A stretch of 53,414 nt of DNA, the filler included, from Jimgerdemannia flammicorona (taxonomy: Eukaryota): the NCBI GenBank assembly GCA_003990765.1. It is 3 parts of 3 records of this genome, joined end to end, with 100 filler letters (N's around TTAATTAATTAA, not from the genome) between each part and the next. Parts side by side here need not be neighbours in the genome. Positions count along the whole stretch, not along the records: positions 1 to 17,740 come from RBNJ01002428.1; 2 more parts are not named here. One strand, written 5' to 3'. The notes beneath the pieces were generated by a model, which worked only from the letters and a program-made list of their open reading frames with translations, was not told the DNA's origin and made no database searches. A program made the translations under genes and the position numbers. Numbering within the stretch: position 1 is the stretch's first letter; each line of letters begins with the position of its first letter. This document shows positions 1 through 11,873 of the stretch, one piece after another.

Positions 1-1968
1 CTCTTCAGCCCTCTGAGCCTCCAGTCCAGCCAACAGCTCATTCATCTCCTCATCAGCCTTCTCCTCAAACTCTTCTCGGTACTCGATGCAAGCCTCCTGC
101 CAAAGCTGCAACCCATGCCGCCTGTTCCAACAGTACTCAGCCTTCTCTCCAGCGACCACTGCCAACGCCGCCTCCCTCTCCTTATCCACCTCATACCCTT
201 CCTCCTCTAAGTACACCACAAGAATTTCCGCCTTCAGCGCCATCGCCACTCCTTCCCCCCACAAAATTCTTGTCCAGTGCTCATCACCCATTCCATGCAA
301 GTCCACCTCCCCCAGCTCTTCTGCCGCCAGATTGTTCATCATCCGGCACATCCAAAGTAGGTTCCCCACCTCCTTTCCACTAGGGGTCGCCGGCCTCCCT
401 CCATCCAGCATCGTGGTGTCTGCTCCCGCACTCGCGTCCTCATCCCACACCTCCGGGACATCCACCAGTTCCTCCTCCCCTGCCGCCCCTACTTGGTCCC
501 CCTCCAACACCTCTGGAACGCTGAATTTCACCTGCTGGGTCCCCAGCATCGTCACATCCTCCCCAGGCTTGTTCCTGGAGGCCGGGCCCCGCCTGATTAG
601 AGGGGAAGGGGTGGGGGAGTTCTCCCAGCCATCATCCCAGATCTCCAAGGTGCCGTCTGCATACAGGTCTCTAATCTGCACCTCCTTCGCCTGCCCTGAC
701 CCTGCCCCTTCATTCCCCCCCCTCTCTCCAGCCCAGACACTCGCTCTGGCCCCATCGGCACCCATCTTCATGTTCTCATCCTTCTGTTGTCCACCCCCCA
801 GCTTGGCCAGCAAATCCTTCTACCTCTTCCGCCTCTGAGCCCTTTCCCACTGCACCTTGTCCACTCGAATCCTCTTTCCATCCACCACCTCCAGGATCGT
901 TGCCTCCTCGAAGGTCTTCCAGGCCTTAGCTCTCCGTTCCACAGCCTCATCCAGCTCCTCCAGTGCTTCCAATAAATCTTCCTCCTCTTCCTCACTTCCT
1001 TTCACCCTCGTCACCTTGCACAGGAAAGCCCTCCAGACCAACACTGACGGCCAGTCCCTCGTCTTCCCAGTGGCCTCTCTCCCAGCCAGTCGAATCCTCA
1101 CATCCACATCTCCAGTCCTGAGCATGGTCCCTTCCCAGACCCTGAATCCGATATCCACCACCTCTCCATACTCCGCCATGACGTCCTCCACTCTCTTCCT
1201 CGTCTCCATCGCTATCACCATGGGTACTCCTTTTACCAGGAGTTGGACCACCCTCGGATCCCATTTCAAACATCTTGCCATCAGAACGTACACCTCCCCA
1301 ACCATTAACCCAACCTTCAGCGCCTCCTCCAGTGGTTCTGCCTCCTCAAATCCCACCTCCACTCCCTCCAGACCCTTCAGAAACTTCACCGAGGCCGCTC
1401 CTGCCACCTGCTTAGCGATAAGCCCCAACACCATTTTCGCTGTCACCGCTAAGCCTCGGAAGCACAGTGTGACTGCGAACGCCGAGATCGACTTCTTGAG
1501 TAATGGGGCCACAGCCAGTCCCGTTACACCATCTGCTAGGTCCCCGGGCCTCATGCCCTTCCCACTGCTCAGCCCACCATCAGCAGTCCCATCTAGATTT
1601 TTTTCCTGATCATCCGTCACACCCCCATCAGCAGTCCCTGCCCCAGCCGCTACCCCCCCAGCTCCACTCCTATGGCCTTCCAGAGAGGTACCCCCAAGAG
1701 GTTGCTGCCTGGAAGTTGTCGCCGGTACCTTCCCCCCTCTCAGCCAGCTCTCCAGTCCCGCTCCCTGCCGACCCCCCTTCACCTTCTCCGCAAAGCTCAC
1801 CCTGCCAGACCCTTGGCCTCCAGCTCCGCCCCCTCTTCCACCGCGGCCCCCCGCCAGCAGGCCCCTCATACTTCCCCCCAAGCCGGGGCCTCTCCCCACT
1901 TGCTGCCATTCAAATGCTCCAGGGCCGCCCTGCCCAGTACGTACCTCCGGATGCTCGTTGGTCGCCAT
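1..1968 (-). pseudogene. LINE ORF1 (MATNEHPEV...), RRM-like core, one in-frame TAG at 820-822
   Basis: ATG at 1968. The frame continues past TAG as KDLLAKLGG...LEAQRAEE to base 1. Copy C has CAG at the same codon (KRQRELLAK). Confidence 0.85.
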
Positions 1969-2049
1969 ATTACTAGTAGCTTTCTCCAGAAACCGTGTCG
2001 AAAGTGTTGCTAAAGGGTTGTGTAACCTGAATGTTACCGGAGAAAGGGT
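1..2049 (-). mobile_element. L1/Tx1-like LINE copy A (5' UTR + ORF1; continues beyond window start); young, CpG-retaining; inserted into a gypsy 3' LTR
   Basis: The 5' end ACCCTTTCTCCGGTAACATTCAGGTTACACAACC is shared with copies starting at 7444, 11874 and 39887. ORF1 is colinear with those copies, which continue into APE+RT ORF2 and, in C and D, an A-tail. Confidence 0.9.
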
Positions 2050-2312
2050 TGTTGTGTAATTATGACCTTTGTTAGATGGTTTATAATCAAAAAACACTTT
2101 ATAATCAGAATCTCTATTGTTAGGCAATAACCAGTTGCTGTAGTACTTTTGTTGTAGCACTGGTTGCTAGAGATAAGCTAGATATTATTATTTATATTAT
2201 TTGTATTATTTTATATATCATATATTATTAATGGTGACATCATCACTAGGTTACATAATCACTCATTATATGTCATATCTCATCTGTTTGTTCATTCACT
2301 CATTCTATTATA
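2050..2312 (-). repeat. G1 3' LTR (partial, interrupted by LINE A)
   Basis: Aligns by eye with 5300-5568. Begins TATAATAG (from TGTAATAG) immediately after the PPT. Confidence 0.9.
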
Positions 2313-2325
2313 TCCTTCTTCTCTT
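2313..2325 (-). other. Polypurine tract of G1
   Basis: AAGAGAAGAAGGA on the minus strand abuts the 3' LTR start. Confidence 0.8.
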
Positions 2326-3030
2326 AAAAGTCAATATCTTCATTGATTCGAAAATTAAGAACTAGGGAAGAGAAGAGTGGGGAATCCTCCTTCTTATCCA
2401 ACTCAGTATTATTACCATCTCTACCAAAGGTTGCTGATGACTTGATATTAAGAATAAAGAAGTTAATAAGGTTTGAAAATAGTTCTTAAACTGATATAAG
2501 TAGTGGTATAAGAGTTCTCTATCTAATATAGTTGGAGCTATCTAAATAGAGTTCTTGTTCCTTATATCTGAGGATATCTATTTGGATAGATAGTTCTTCA
2601 AAGAGATCAGAGAGGCCTTAGAGTCATTGGTCTGGATTGTCATTCAGAATGGAGCTCTAGTGGAATTCATAGTCAGTGAACTTAAGAGTAATCCAGAAGT
2701 TGGCTTCTTGGGCAATCTTGATCTCCAGTTTATCAATTTTAGAAAAGAAGAGATTCTGGATATCTTTCAGTTATACATAGTTGAGGTTGGAGGTTGCAAA
2801 AGATATATGACATATGATTTGATAGACCTTCTTGGCTAGTCTTTGCTCATACCTATCCAGATTGGTCCAGTCTGAGATCAGATCAATGGATAGGCCTTTT
2901 GTATGTTGAAGAAGTTGATGACTAATTTATATAAGATTAATAGATCTTGGTTTTCTTTTTTTTTAACTTATTGGTATATTTGCAAGAACTGGCCATTCTT
3001 GTCTAGAGTGAGGGCTCTCATTATCATAGC
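2324..3030 (-). pseudogene. Decayed extra ORF (ORF3) between chromodomain and PPT of G1; 5' boundary approximate
   Basis: Minus frame reads YEQRLAKKVYQIICH...NLNYV*LKDIQNL...EANFWITL...ILNDNPDQ*L*GL...VLNFRINEDIDF*, ending at the PPT. The core matches ORF 36559-37377 without gaps. Confidence 0.8.
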
Positions 3031-3369
3031 TGGGAGTTCAAATCTCTTAGAAATAGTATTTCTTATAATTCAAGACAATTTCTAGTAACAATATCTGTCA
3101 TGTAGATGGGCTTGATATTGGGGTTAATATTGTTGACTTTCTTAGATACTACATATATGAAGTATCTATCATCAATAAAGATAAAACAGATGGTATGAAT
3201 AGAGTTGTTCAAATATATTTTACTAAACCTTACTGAATTAGTTTAGAGGAGTTCTTTTTCTGAATATCTTCTTATTAGTAAAATATAGTATTTCTTTTTC
3301 TATAATATTCAGTATTGTATATCTAGATAAATATATATTATCTCCTTTATTTACTATATACTCTAAGTT

Positions 3370-4345
3370 TAGGACTGCAGTTTCTTCTTTTGCTATAGGG
3401 TGAGTATTTCTATATAGTTCTGAAGAGTTTTACATATATTCTTCAATACTTCTTCTTTTTCTCAAGTAGCATCATAGATGGAGTAACTCTTCTACTTAAT
3501 GAGGAAGAACTACTTAATATTTGTAGACCTTGTGGTCAAGTACTTCCTCAATTTCAAATTCCTTATAATTATTGATCCTAATTAGGGGTAGCATTAGAAC
3601 TATATACTTAGAAAATAGATTCACATAATAGTCCACCAGTTGACTGATATAGAACACTGAGTATACTTGAATATTATAGGAGAGTTATAACTTGTAGTTG
3701 ACTTTACTGACTTTTTCTACAATATTATATAGTCTAATTCTCCTTATATAGAGTTTTTTAACTAGTTGTTATATCAGAGTATCTAGATAGAGATGATCTG
3801 TTCTAAGCATAACTATGTTACTAATATTATAAGAGACTGTTTTTTGCTTTAAGTTGGTATACTTAGTCTGATAGTTCTGTACTTTTATGAGAGTATATCT
3901 TATTATTTACATAAGATCAGAAATGGTCTCAGTCAGATCTTAGACTAATTTTGTAGTAGTGCTTAGAGTTTTTAAATATTGACCATAGTTTAGAAAGAAT
4001 GAAGTCTTCTTCATAGAGGTTTGCTGGCTATTATTGTAGACAAACTCAGCATGGGCTAGGTATTTGTCTCAATCATTTTACTTATAATAGTAGAAGATAC
4101 TAAGTATCTACTTAAGAGTCTTATTAATTCACTCAGTCTGATCATTAGTCTAAGAGTAGTAGATAGTAGAGAACTTCAGCTTAATTCTATAGAGAGAGAA
4201 AAATGTCTTCCAGAAGTTACTGGTGAACCTTGCATCTCAGTCAGATATAATAGTGCTAGATATATCATATAGTCTAAATACTTAGTTGAGAAAGATTTTA
4301 GCAATCTCTAGTACTCTCATATCTTGATATAGTAGAGGTATAATA
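3370..4345 (-). pseudogene. G1 integrase core/C-terminus + chromodomain (degenerate)
   Basis: IISD*DARFTSNFWKTFF, FSTIYYS*TNDQTE*INKTL, AEFVYNNS, VNYKL*L...VFYISQL, then EFEIEEVLDHK...FLIK*KSYSIYDAT*E (chromodomain ~3400-3560). Confidence 0.9.
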
Positions 4346-4806
4346 AACAACTAGTCTATAGTAGAGAGAGGTCCTGGTAGGAGTATAATGGTATCTGTCA
4401 GATACAATTTACTCAGCAGCTACTTCTCTTACTATAGGGGGTAAGATATAGTCTAAAAATTCCTAGGTAACTGCAATAGTAGATTCTTAGATCCTAGTGG
4501 TTCTAAGGTAGTTATGGAGAAGTATGTAGAACCTACAGTAGCTGATTATATTCCTAAAACCTAGATGGAAGTTTCTAAAGGTCTTATATAGATTTCTATA
4601 TACTTGGTCAATTACAAGTTAGTGGGTTCTTAGATTAGTAGTATTCTAGAACCACCTAGTTCTAATGACAATAGCTTATCTGGCTCTAGTTTGGGGGTTT
4701 ATTCTTAGAGAATCTACAGTTGGTTCTGGGGGTTACTTCTGTCCAAGGTTGGTCTTATTCTAACTTCTCAGAAGTATATTCTTGATGCCTTCTTAGCTTA
4801 GTAATT

Positions 4807-4818
4807 CCACTATTACCA
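4807..4818 (-). other. Primer-binding site of G1 (family consensus TGGTAGCAGTGG; resembles the complement of an initiator tRNA-Met 3' end)
   Basis: Lies 3 nt (ACT) after the LTR end; the sister copy has the same site at ~48439-48450. tRNA identity is inferred from the ...TGCTACCA ending only. Confidence 0.6.
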
Positions 4819-4821
4819 AGT

Positions 4822-5568
4822 AGTAATAACTCTTATTTCTACCACTCTCTTATTTTTTGGATAATTAGAGAAATAAGATATTACTTAGAGACTTGGTACA
4901 CAGTATACCAAGAAACCTTCAGTGTGAGAAAGTACTTGCTTAAAAGTAGTTATAATAGTAGTACTCTTCTTATTAACTATAGTTATAAGAGACTTGTTCT
5001 TTGCTATATACAGACTGAATTCACCTTAGAATTCAGGTTCAATAAAGGGTTTACTTAAGTCTTTATGATTTATATACTAGTCTCAGTTCTGGTAGAAGTT
5101 AGTTAAGCTTCTGAAGTTTAGTCAGAAACACTAGAGTCACTTAGATATTATTACTAAGACTCAGAGAAATATATATATAGAGGGAGAACTTGATTCTTAT
5201 ATTAAGAACTAAACTAAAACTATCTTTATTTTGAATAAAAACTGGGGGATATTTATATAAGTTGGTTTATAATTTCTGACTGGTAACTATAGATAAGATT
5301 TGTGATCATAATCTTTATTAGGTAGTTTGTAATCAGGAACACTTTGTAATCAGGACCTCTATTGTTAGGTAATAATCAGTTGTTACAGTACTTTTACTAA
5401 AGTGCCAGTTGCTGGAGATAAGCTAGATATTGTTATTTATATTATTCACATTATTCATTATATTTATTATATATTGTATATCATCAATAGTGATATTATC
5501 ACTAGGTCACATGATTGCTTATCATATATTATATCTCATCTGTTCATTTGTTCACTTGTTCTATTACA
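4822..5568 (-). repeat. G1 5' LTR (~747 bp)
   Basis: Minus strand begins TGTAATAG and ends TATTAC(T/A). TATA-like TATATAAAT lies near 5251-5259. Matches 48454-49101. Confidence 0.85.
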
Positions 5569-7443
5569 GATATAAATAGAAAGATGATCATAAAAGTGAT
5601 TATTATATAGCTGTAGAAGGTGGCCTAATAGGTATTGGGTGAGAAGTAATAGAGCTTTGTTGAAGGCTATCTTATATAAGATGAGATAATATGAGTATAT
5701 AGTATTATTGAAGAAGTAAGAACTAGTGAGTTGGATGAGAAGTTGGTCTTTCTGGACCACTATGATCATGTGAGGAGAGTTTGGCTAGAGAAGATATTAG
5801 ACAAGATTGATATTTCTCAGAAATTTTAAATATTGATGATTAGTCTGCTAGAGGGTAGTAGGATAGTACTTATATATAATAGTTACTATAGTATTGCATT
5901 TCTATTAGAGAGAGGAATTCCTCAGAGGGATCTATTGTCTCTAATTTTATATGCTCTATTATTAGAACTATTAATAGATAGGATTTACTACAAGATAGCT
6001 AGGCTCTTAATTTATAAGATAGTTTAGAAGATTGGGGCCTTTACTGATAATATAGTAATTGATCTTAACTCTATTACTAATATTAGAGTATTGAGAGAGA
6101 ATGTAGAATAGTATAAGAAGTACTCTGAGACAAAGCTCAACTGATATAAGTATAAGATAATAGTGCTGAGAAATAGCTTAGTAGGGAGAGATATCATTAG
6201 AACAATTGTCCCTATAAAGGTCATATAGTATCTGAGCATCTTCCTATTAATCTATGGGTCTGTCTTGCCTAGAGTTTAATAGAAGAGGAAGGTGGTCATT
6301 TGAAAAAAAAAAAAGCTCTTTATAGCTAGAGGGGGCATCATATCTCTCTAGCAGAGTAGGTATTAATACTGAATATTTACTAATTATTAAAGTTATAGTA
6401 TCATCTGACATACTACTTGAATTTTCTAGACTGGATAGTGAAGAGATTATTGAAGTTGGTCAAGGATTAGATATGGGTTGAGAGATAGTATTAGATAGAT
6501 TAGAAAGTCTTAATGTTACTAATAGATATAGGAGACCTTAGATTAATAGACTTCTCTAGGAGACTACATTGCTTGAGAGCTTAGTGATTAAAGCAAGCTG
6601 TTGAACTATAGGATAGTAGATATGTAGGTACCACTGTTATAGAAGATTTAGAAGATGAGATTCTCTTCTAAAGGCTCTTTTGATGATCTGCTATCATTGG
6701 TAAAAACTGAGTAGTAGTTAGTATTCATAGTTTAAGAGCTTCTAATGGAGAGTAGTAGATAGTGCTTATTATATTAATTTGTAATAATATAATACTGAGG
6801 GGAAATTAGTTTGGAGCTCTGCAATATAATAATGAAATAGACTTCTATTAAGGAGTTCTTCTCTAGTTAACTTTAATCTTAGTACTAGTATAGAGTACTA
6901 ATGAGAAATGGACCAAGATTTGTAACCTGTTGAATGATAAATAGCTGAGATTAGTGAGGAGTGAAACTGAGCAAGTATCTGATCCTAGTGTATCAAGATA
7001 TAGTAGTAGATTTCTTCAAAGTTCTAGATAGTATAGTAATATTTACTGAAGAGAAATATCATGCTGAACTTTAGGTTAGATTATTTGATAGATAGCAGGA
7101 TCTTCAAATATGAGGAGTACTTTAATGTGAAGTAGAAGAGTGATTTTATATAGATGCTAGAATATTGGCTAGATGAGTATGAGGTTTTTAGTAACTTCTG
7201 AGTAGTAATTAAGAATTATCTAGGAGTAGTAAGAAAGATAGATAGTGTGCAGAATCAGTGGGAAGATTTGTAAAAATAGTTGATAAGATATATTGATAAT
7301 GAGTAGCTTATATTGAGTAGATATTGATGGTTTGAGTAGGACTGGCTAGATACTGATTATATGTATTTGAGGAGAGTAGGTAGATGAGTTTAGAAAAGCA
7401 TCTACTATAGTAAAAAGAGCTGATAGAAAATATTCTATCTATG
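5569..7443 (+). mobile_element. LINE copy E (RT to near 3' end), oldest layer, host of G1 and of LINE B
   Basis: Degenerate RT motifs: FVEGYLI*DE, RGIPQRDLLSLILYALLLE, GAFTDNIV, YLSI. Many stop codons. Confidence 0.85.
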
Positions 7444-10400
7444 ACCTTTCTCTGGTATAATTTAGGTTATATAAACTTCTAATAATACTTTCAGCATTGT
7501 TTTTAGAGAAAAGTACTAATAATATAATAATCAATGAACATTTTATAGAATATGCTAGGCAGAGTAGTCCTAATATATTTGACTAGCAGTATATGGAGAG
7601 GAGTCATAGATTGAAAGAAAGTCAGTTGGATACTCTCTCTAATGAATAAGAAGGTAGTAGAGGCAGGTCTAGCTGATAGGGGCCTAGGAGGATAAGCTTT
7701 GCTGACAAGGTCAAGGTGGGGCATCCAGTAACTGGATTGGAGGAATGGCTATAGAAGAGCAAGGAGAAGAAGGGGGCTACAGGACCTAGTAGGGAGATCT
7801 ATAGTAGTAGTTATAGTAGAGCTGTGGGAATAGAAGCTGGGGAGAGTGAGACTGCTGATAGAGAGAGAACTACTAATCTGAAAAAAAAAAATCCAGATAT
7901 AACAACTAATATTAAGACTGAGCAGAGGGGGGACCTGAGGTCTGGAGATCTGTCTGACTAGTGATATCCAGATTCCTCTCTACCTCAAGCTTCTCAACCT
8001 CTCCCTACTAGGCATCTAGAGTTGCCAAGATCTCTCAATAGTCCTCACTATCTATAGCTTCTATATTAGACTAGTACTCCTTACACACTATCTGCCACTT
8101 TGCCAACCCCTTTCTAGGACCCCACAAATAGGTTGTATGGTCATTCATAATTTCCAGAAGTGCTACCTCCCTATTGCCATCTATCTTATACTCCTATATC
8201 TCTAACAGACCTACCATCAGCTCATCTCAAAGCTTCTGCACTATCTCTTTACCTCACAGAATCTCTCTCTAGTATTACTCACTAATTATATAAAAATCAA
8301 TCTCACTCAACTTATTAGCTATAACATTCATCAATATCTTCTACAGCTATCTCTTCTTACTAATGATCTCATTAACACTAAGAGCTATCTCCTGCCCCCC
8401 AACCTCCAGGCCTCTCTCAGTATTCATTCTCACTGATTCATCTCAGACCTTCTCTAGTATATTCTGCAACTCATTGGGTTCCCTCTCACCTGAGGGTACA
8501 TTATACTATACTTATACCTCCTCTATCATCATCTCACTCTCAGCCACTATACTCTGCCCAGAGCCTCCACTCTCCCCCAGAACTACTATAGGTACTATTC
8601 TCTTTTTCTCAGCCTAAGCACTGGTCTGCAATTCAGCCTTTCAGTAATATTCTCTCCTACTGTCCTCTCATCCAACTTTACCAATAACTCTTTCTGAAGC
8701 TATCTCTCCTATGCTCTCTCCCAGACTGCTCAATCCAGATGCACTCTCTTGCCATTCATAATCTCTATCACTGACTTTATCTCAAACTTCTTCCAGGCTA
8801 ACCATTTCTTCTTTACCACCCCAGCCAAGTCTTCCAATGCCTCCAGTAAGTCCTTCTCCTCCTCTGGTATCCCCTTCACCCTCAAGACCTTATACTTCAC
8901 TGGCTCTCACTTAAGCACTATTAGCCAATCTCTTTCTTTTTCAGTATTCTTCTTGTCTATCAGCCTTACCCTAATATCTATATCCCTAGTCCTGAACTCC
9001 ATATCCTCTCAGACCCAGAACCCAATATTCATTACATTGTTATACTCCTTGATAATATCAACAATCAACTCTCTGGCCTTCTCCTTCTTTACTATAGGTA
9101 TTATTTACCATCACCAGCTATACTATCTGGGGGTTCTAGTATAGATACTGGGCTATAAAGATTACTACTCCTCTTATTACTACTTTCTTATCCAATGCTC
9201 TCAATATTAATTCCTCCTCCTCAAAGCCCACTTCTACTCCTTTCAGACTCTTTAAGAACTTTACTAATACTGCTTCTTTTATCTTCTGAGCCAGAAGCTC
9301 TAGAACTATTTTAGCTATAACTGCTAAGTCTCAGAAGTACAATATGATAGCAAATTTAGATACTAATTTCTTGAGTATTGGTGCTGCCACCAGACCTATT
9401 ATACCATGATATAGTGAGTATGGAATATAGAGTATATAACTTTTTCCATAACAATTATTCAATATAAATAGTATGACTAGAATTCTATCTTTGAACATCA
9501 ATAGTTTATAAGATGTAATAAGATATAGGAATATTTTCTACTAGTTAAAGGGGCTGGATGTGGATCTGTTTCTGCTACAGGATATTGGATGTAATGTGGA
9601 CTTAGACATACTAGACTGGATGAGAGAATGGGGTAGAGTGGCTGCTTGGTAGAGCTGGATGGACATTTTGGTTAGGAAGAGCAAAAGAGATATTAGAGAT
9701 ATTGAACATTATGAGAGCAGAGTAATGTGAGAGATTTGGTGGAGACTAGGTTAAAGCCCCTTAACTATTGGGTCTTATTATTGCTCAGCAGAAAGAGGAG
9801 AGCATATGGAATAGATAAGCAGACTCTGAGATACAGAGATGATAGTAGAGGTAGAGATGGATTGTTTGGGTGGAAACTTTAACATAATTCAAGATGGGCT
9901 GTTAGATAGAACTGATGGAGAGAGAGGGATGACTAAGGGGCAGGGGTATAGAGAGCTGGAAGGAGATTGAAAGATTGAGCTCTTTGGTAGATGTAGAGTG
10001 ACTTGGGTGAGAGAACCATAGAGTCTATACTTACTGGATAGCAGAGTTAGGCTTAAGGATTGATTGGATCTTAACTATAGAGTGCTAGGGTAAAGATATC
10101 TAGAGTTCTCTAGAGACAATTTGGTGTCTATAGTATGATTATTGAGAATTGCTGAATTGTAGAAGGTTTGGAAAAAGTGGGGAAGAGTCTGGATATTAGT
10201 ATCTGAATGCCTCACTGTTGGAAGAGTCCTCATTATGAGATACATAGGTGGTGGACATAAGTTCCAGAATTCTTAGTTAGAGGGTGAGAGGGCTGAAGAT
10301 TAGAGACTAGTAGTGATATTTGAAATTTGATACTCAAAGGTTCTGGGGGAAGGTAGGGAAGATGAGGGGCAATGAGAGGGGAATTTGGTTACAGTGAGTC

Positions 10401-11873
10401 TCTCAGAGATTGGAGAAGTTATTATTGACCTCAGCAGATTTGCTGAACAATGGAGAGGAGGGAGATTAAAGAGTTTAGCAGATCTGATACAAGATAGAGG
10501 AGCTGAAGAAAATACTGAGGTAGGAGAAAGATCTGCAGATAAAGAGTATGATAGTTTAGTTGAGATAGCAGGGTATCAAAGAGAGAGAGTAATCTATGAA
10601 GTTCCTGTCATGACTTCTTTAGATAAGGAGAGTGAGATAATAGTGGGAGAGAGTATTAGATGAGGCAGAGGAGATAGTGGTTAAAACTCCAGAGATCTTA
10701 AACCAGTTGAGCTCAAAGTGGGGGCATTTGTAGAGTGAGGAGGAAGGTGGGGAAGATGTCCTGGACATTGAATAGTATCTAGAGAATTGGTACCTAGACC
10801 TGGTAGAGAGCCTTAGAGACTTTGAAGGATCTATTCAAAGTGGGAAAATATGTAGGGTTTTGATAATAATAAGTCTCAGGATAGCTCTTAGGAAGGATAA
10901 TCTATCTTGGAATTTCTAGAAGAAGATGACAGGTATAGAGTTAGCTTTGGAGGATATGATATAGATATATAATGAGATTATTGGATCAGAGGAGTAGATT
11001 AGAGGACAGTGCCTAAGACTGGTAGCTCTGTTGTATAAGAATAAGAAGAGATAGGAGGAGTGGAAGAACTAGAGGCTAATTATACTTTTGAATATAGATT
11101 ATAAGCTAGTTATAAAGATATTGATGACAAGGCTGTAAGAGGTGGCTCAGCAGATACTAGAGACTAAACAAAGGGACTTCATTAGAGGATACTTGATAAG
11201 AGATGAGACAGCTTAGATATATAGAATTATTGAAGAAGTATAGACTATAGGGATAGATAGTTGACTAGTTTTCTAAACCAGGAGAAGGCATATGATAGGG
11301 TCTGATAAGTATGGCTGGCAGGAGTACTAAAGTATATGGGAGTTTTCTCAAGATTCAGACAATTATTAATCAGGCTGTTAGAGGGAAGTCAGGCAGTAAT
11401 ATTGATAAATAGGTATAGGGAGATTTCATTTTTCCTGAGCAGAGGAGTACTGTAAGGTTGAGTAGTCAAGAGACTATTGAAGATGGCCAGGTCATAGATA
11501 TAGACAAGATAGCAGAGTCAGATTGGCTGAGAGATATTGACATTATTAGTAGATAGAGGAGGGCTGGGTCTGATAGACTTTACCAAGTACCTACACTGCT
11601 TGAGGGTATGATGGCTGAAGCAAACAAGTAAATTGAGGAGTCAAGAGTAGATATCTCTTATATAGAGGGTGTGGGAGATTTGTTTCTCTCTCTGGAGCAT
11701 AACTGGCAACCTGCTCTCTCTGGTGATACTGGAGGGAAGTTAGAAGATATACTATAGGGAATTCTAGTAGAGAGTGATTGATGGTACTCATTAAATTAGA
11801 CTTGTAATGAGAAAGAGAAAGACTGGAGACCCCAGATATAGAGGTGAGATTATTCAAAGATCTTTCTGGTAAC
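7444..11873 (+). mobile_element. LINE copy B with internal inversion (7958-9406) and ~0.5 kb RT deletion (~11457); interrupted by copy C
   Basis: Family 5' end at 7444, ORF1 pieces on both strands, APE start (RILSLNINS) at ~9480. RT jumps from RGVL*G to *VVKRLLK, skipping the FADD motif. Confidence 0.85.

Larger units (their letters stand above)
2050..5568 (-). mobile_element. Ty3/gypsy chromovirus-like element G1, internally deleted (lacks gag, PR, RT, RH)
   Basis: Paired LTR sequence (2050-2312 matches ~5300-5568), PBS, PPT, degenerate integrase core and chromodomain. The 5'UTR joins directly to integrase at ~4345. Confidence 0.9.

Noticed and set aside
820..822. Programmed stop-codon readthrough in ORF1
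   Set aside because: Copy C has CAG at this codon, so mutation is the simpler explanation.
86..1609. Two 250-aa Ser/Pro-rich plus-strand ORFs
   Set aside because: Antisense shadows of the purine-rich LINE ORF1.
1969..2160. N-terminal extension of the 446-aa ORF (MLQQKYY...)
   Set aside because: Runs through the LINE 5'UTR into host LTR sequence from a non-ATG start; the real start is ATG 1968.
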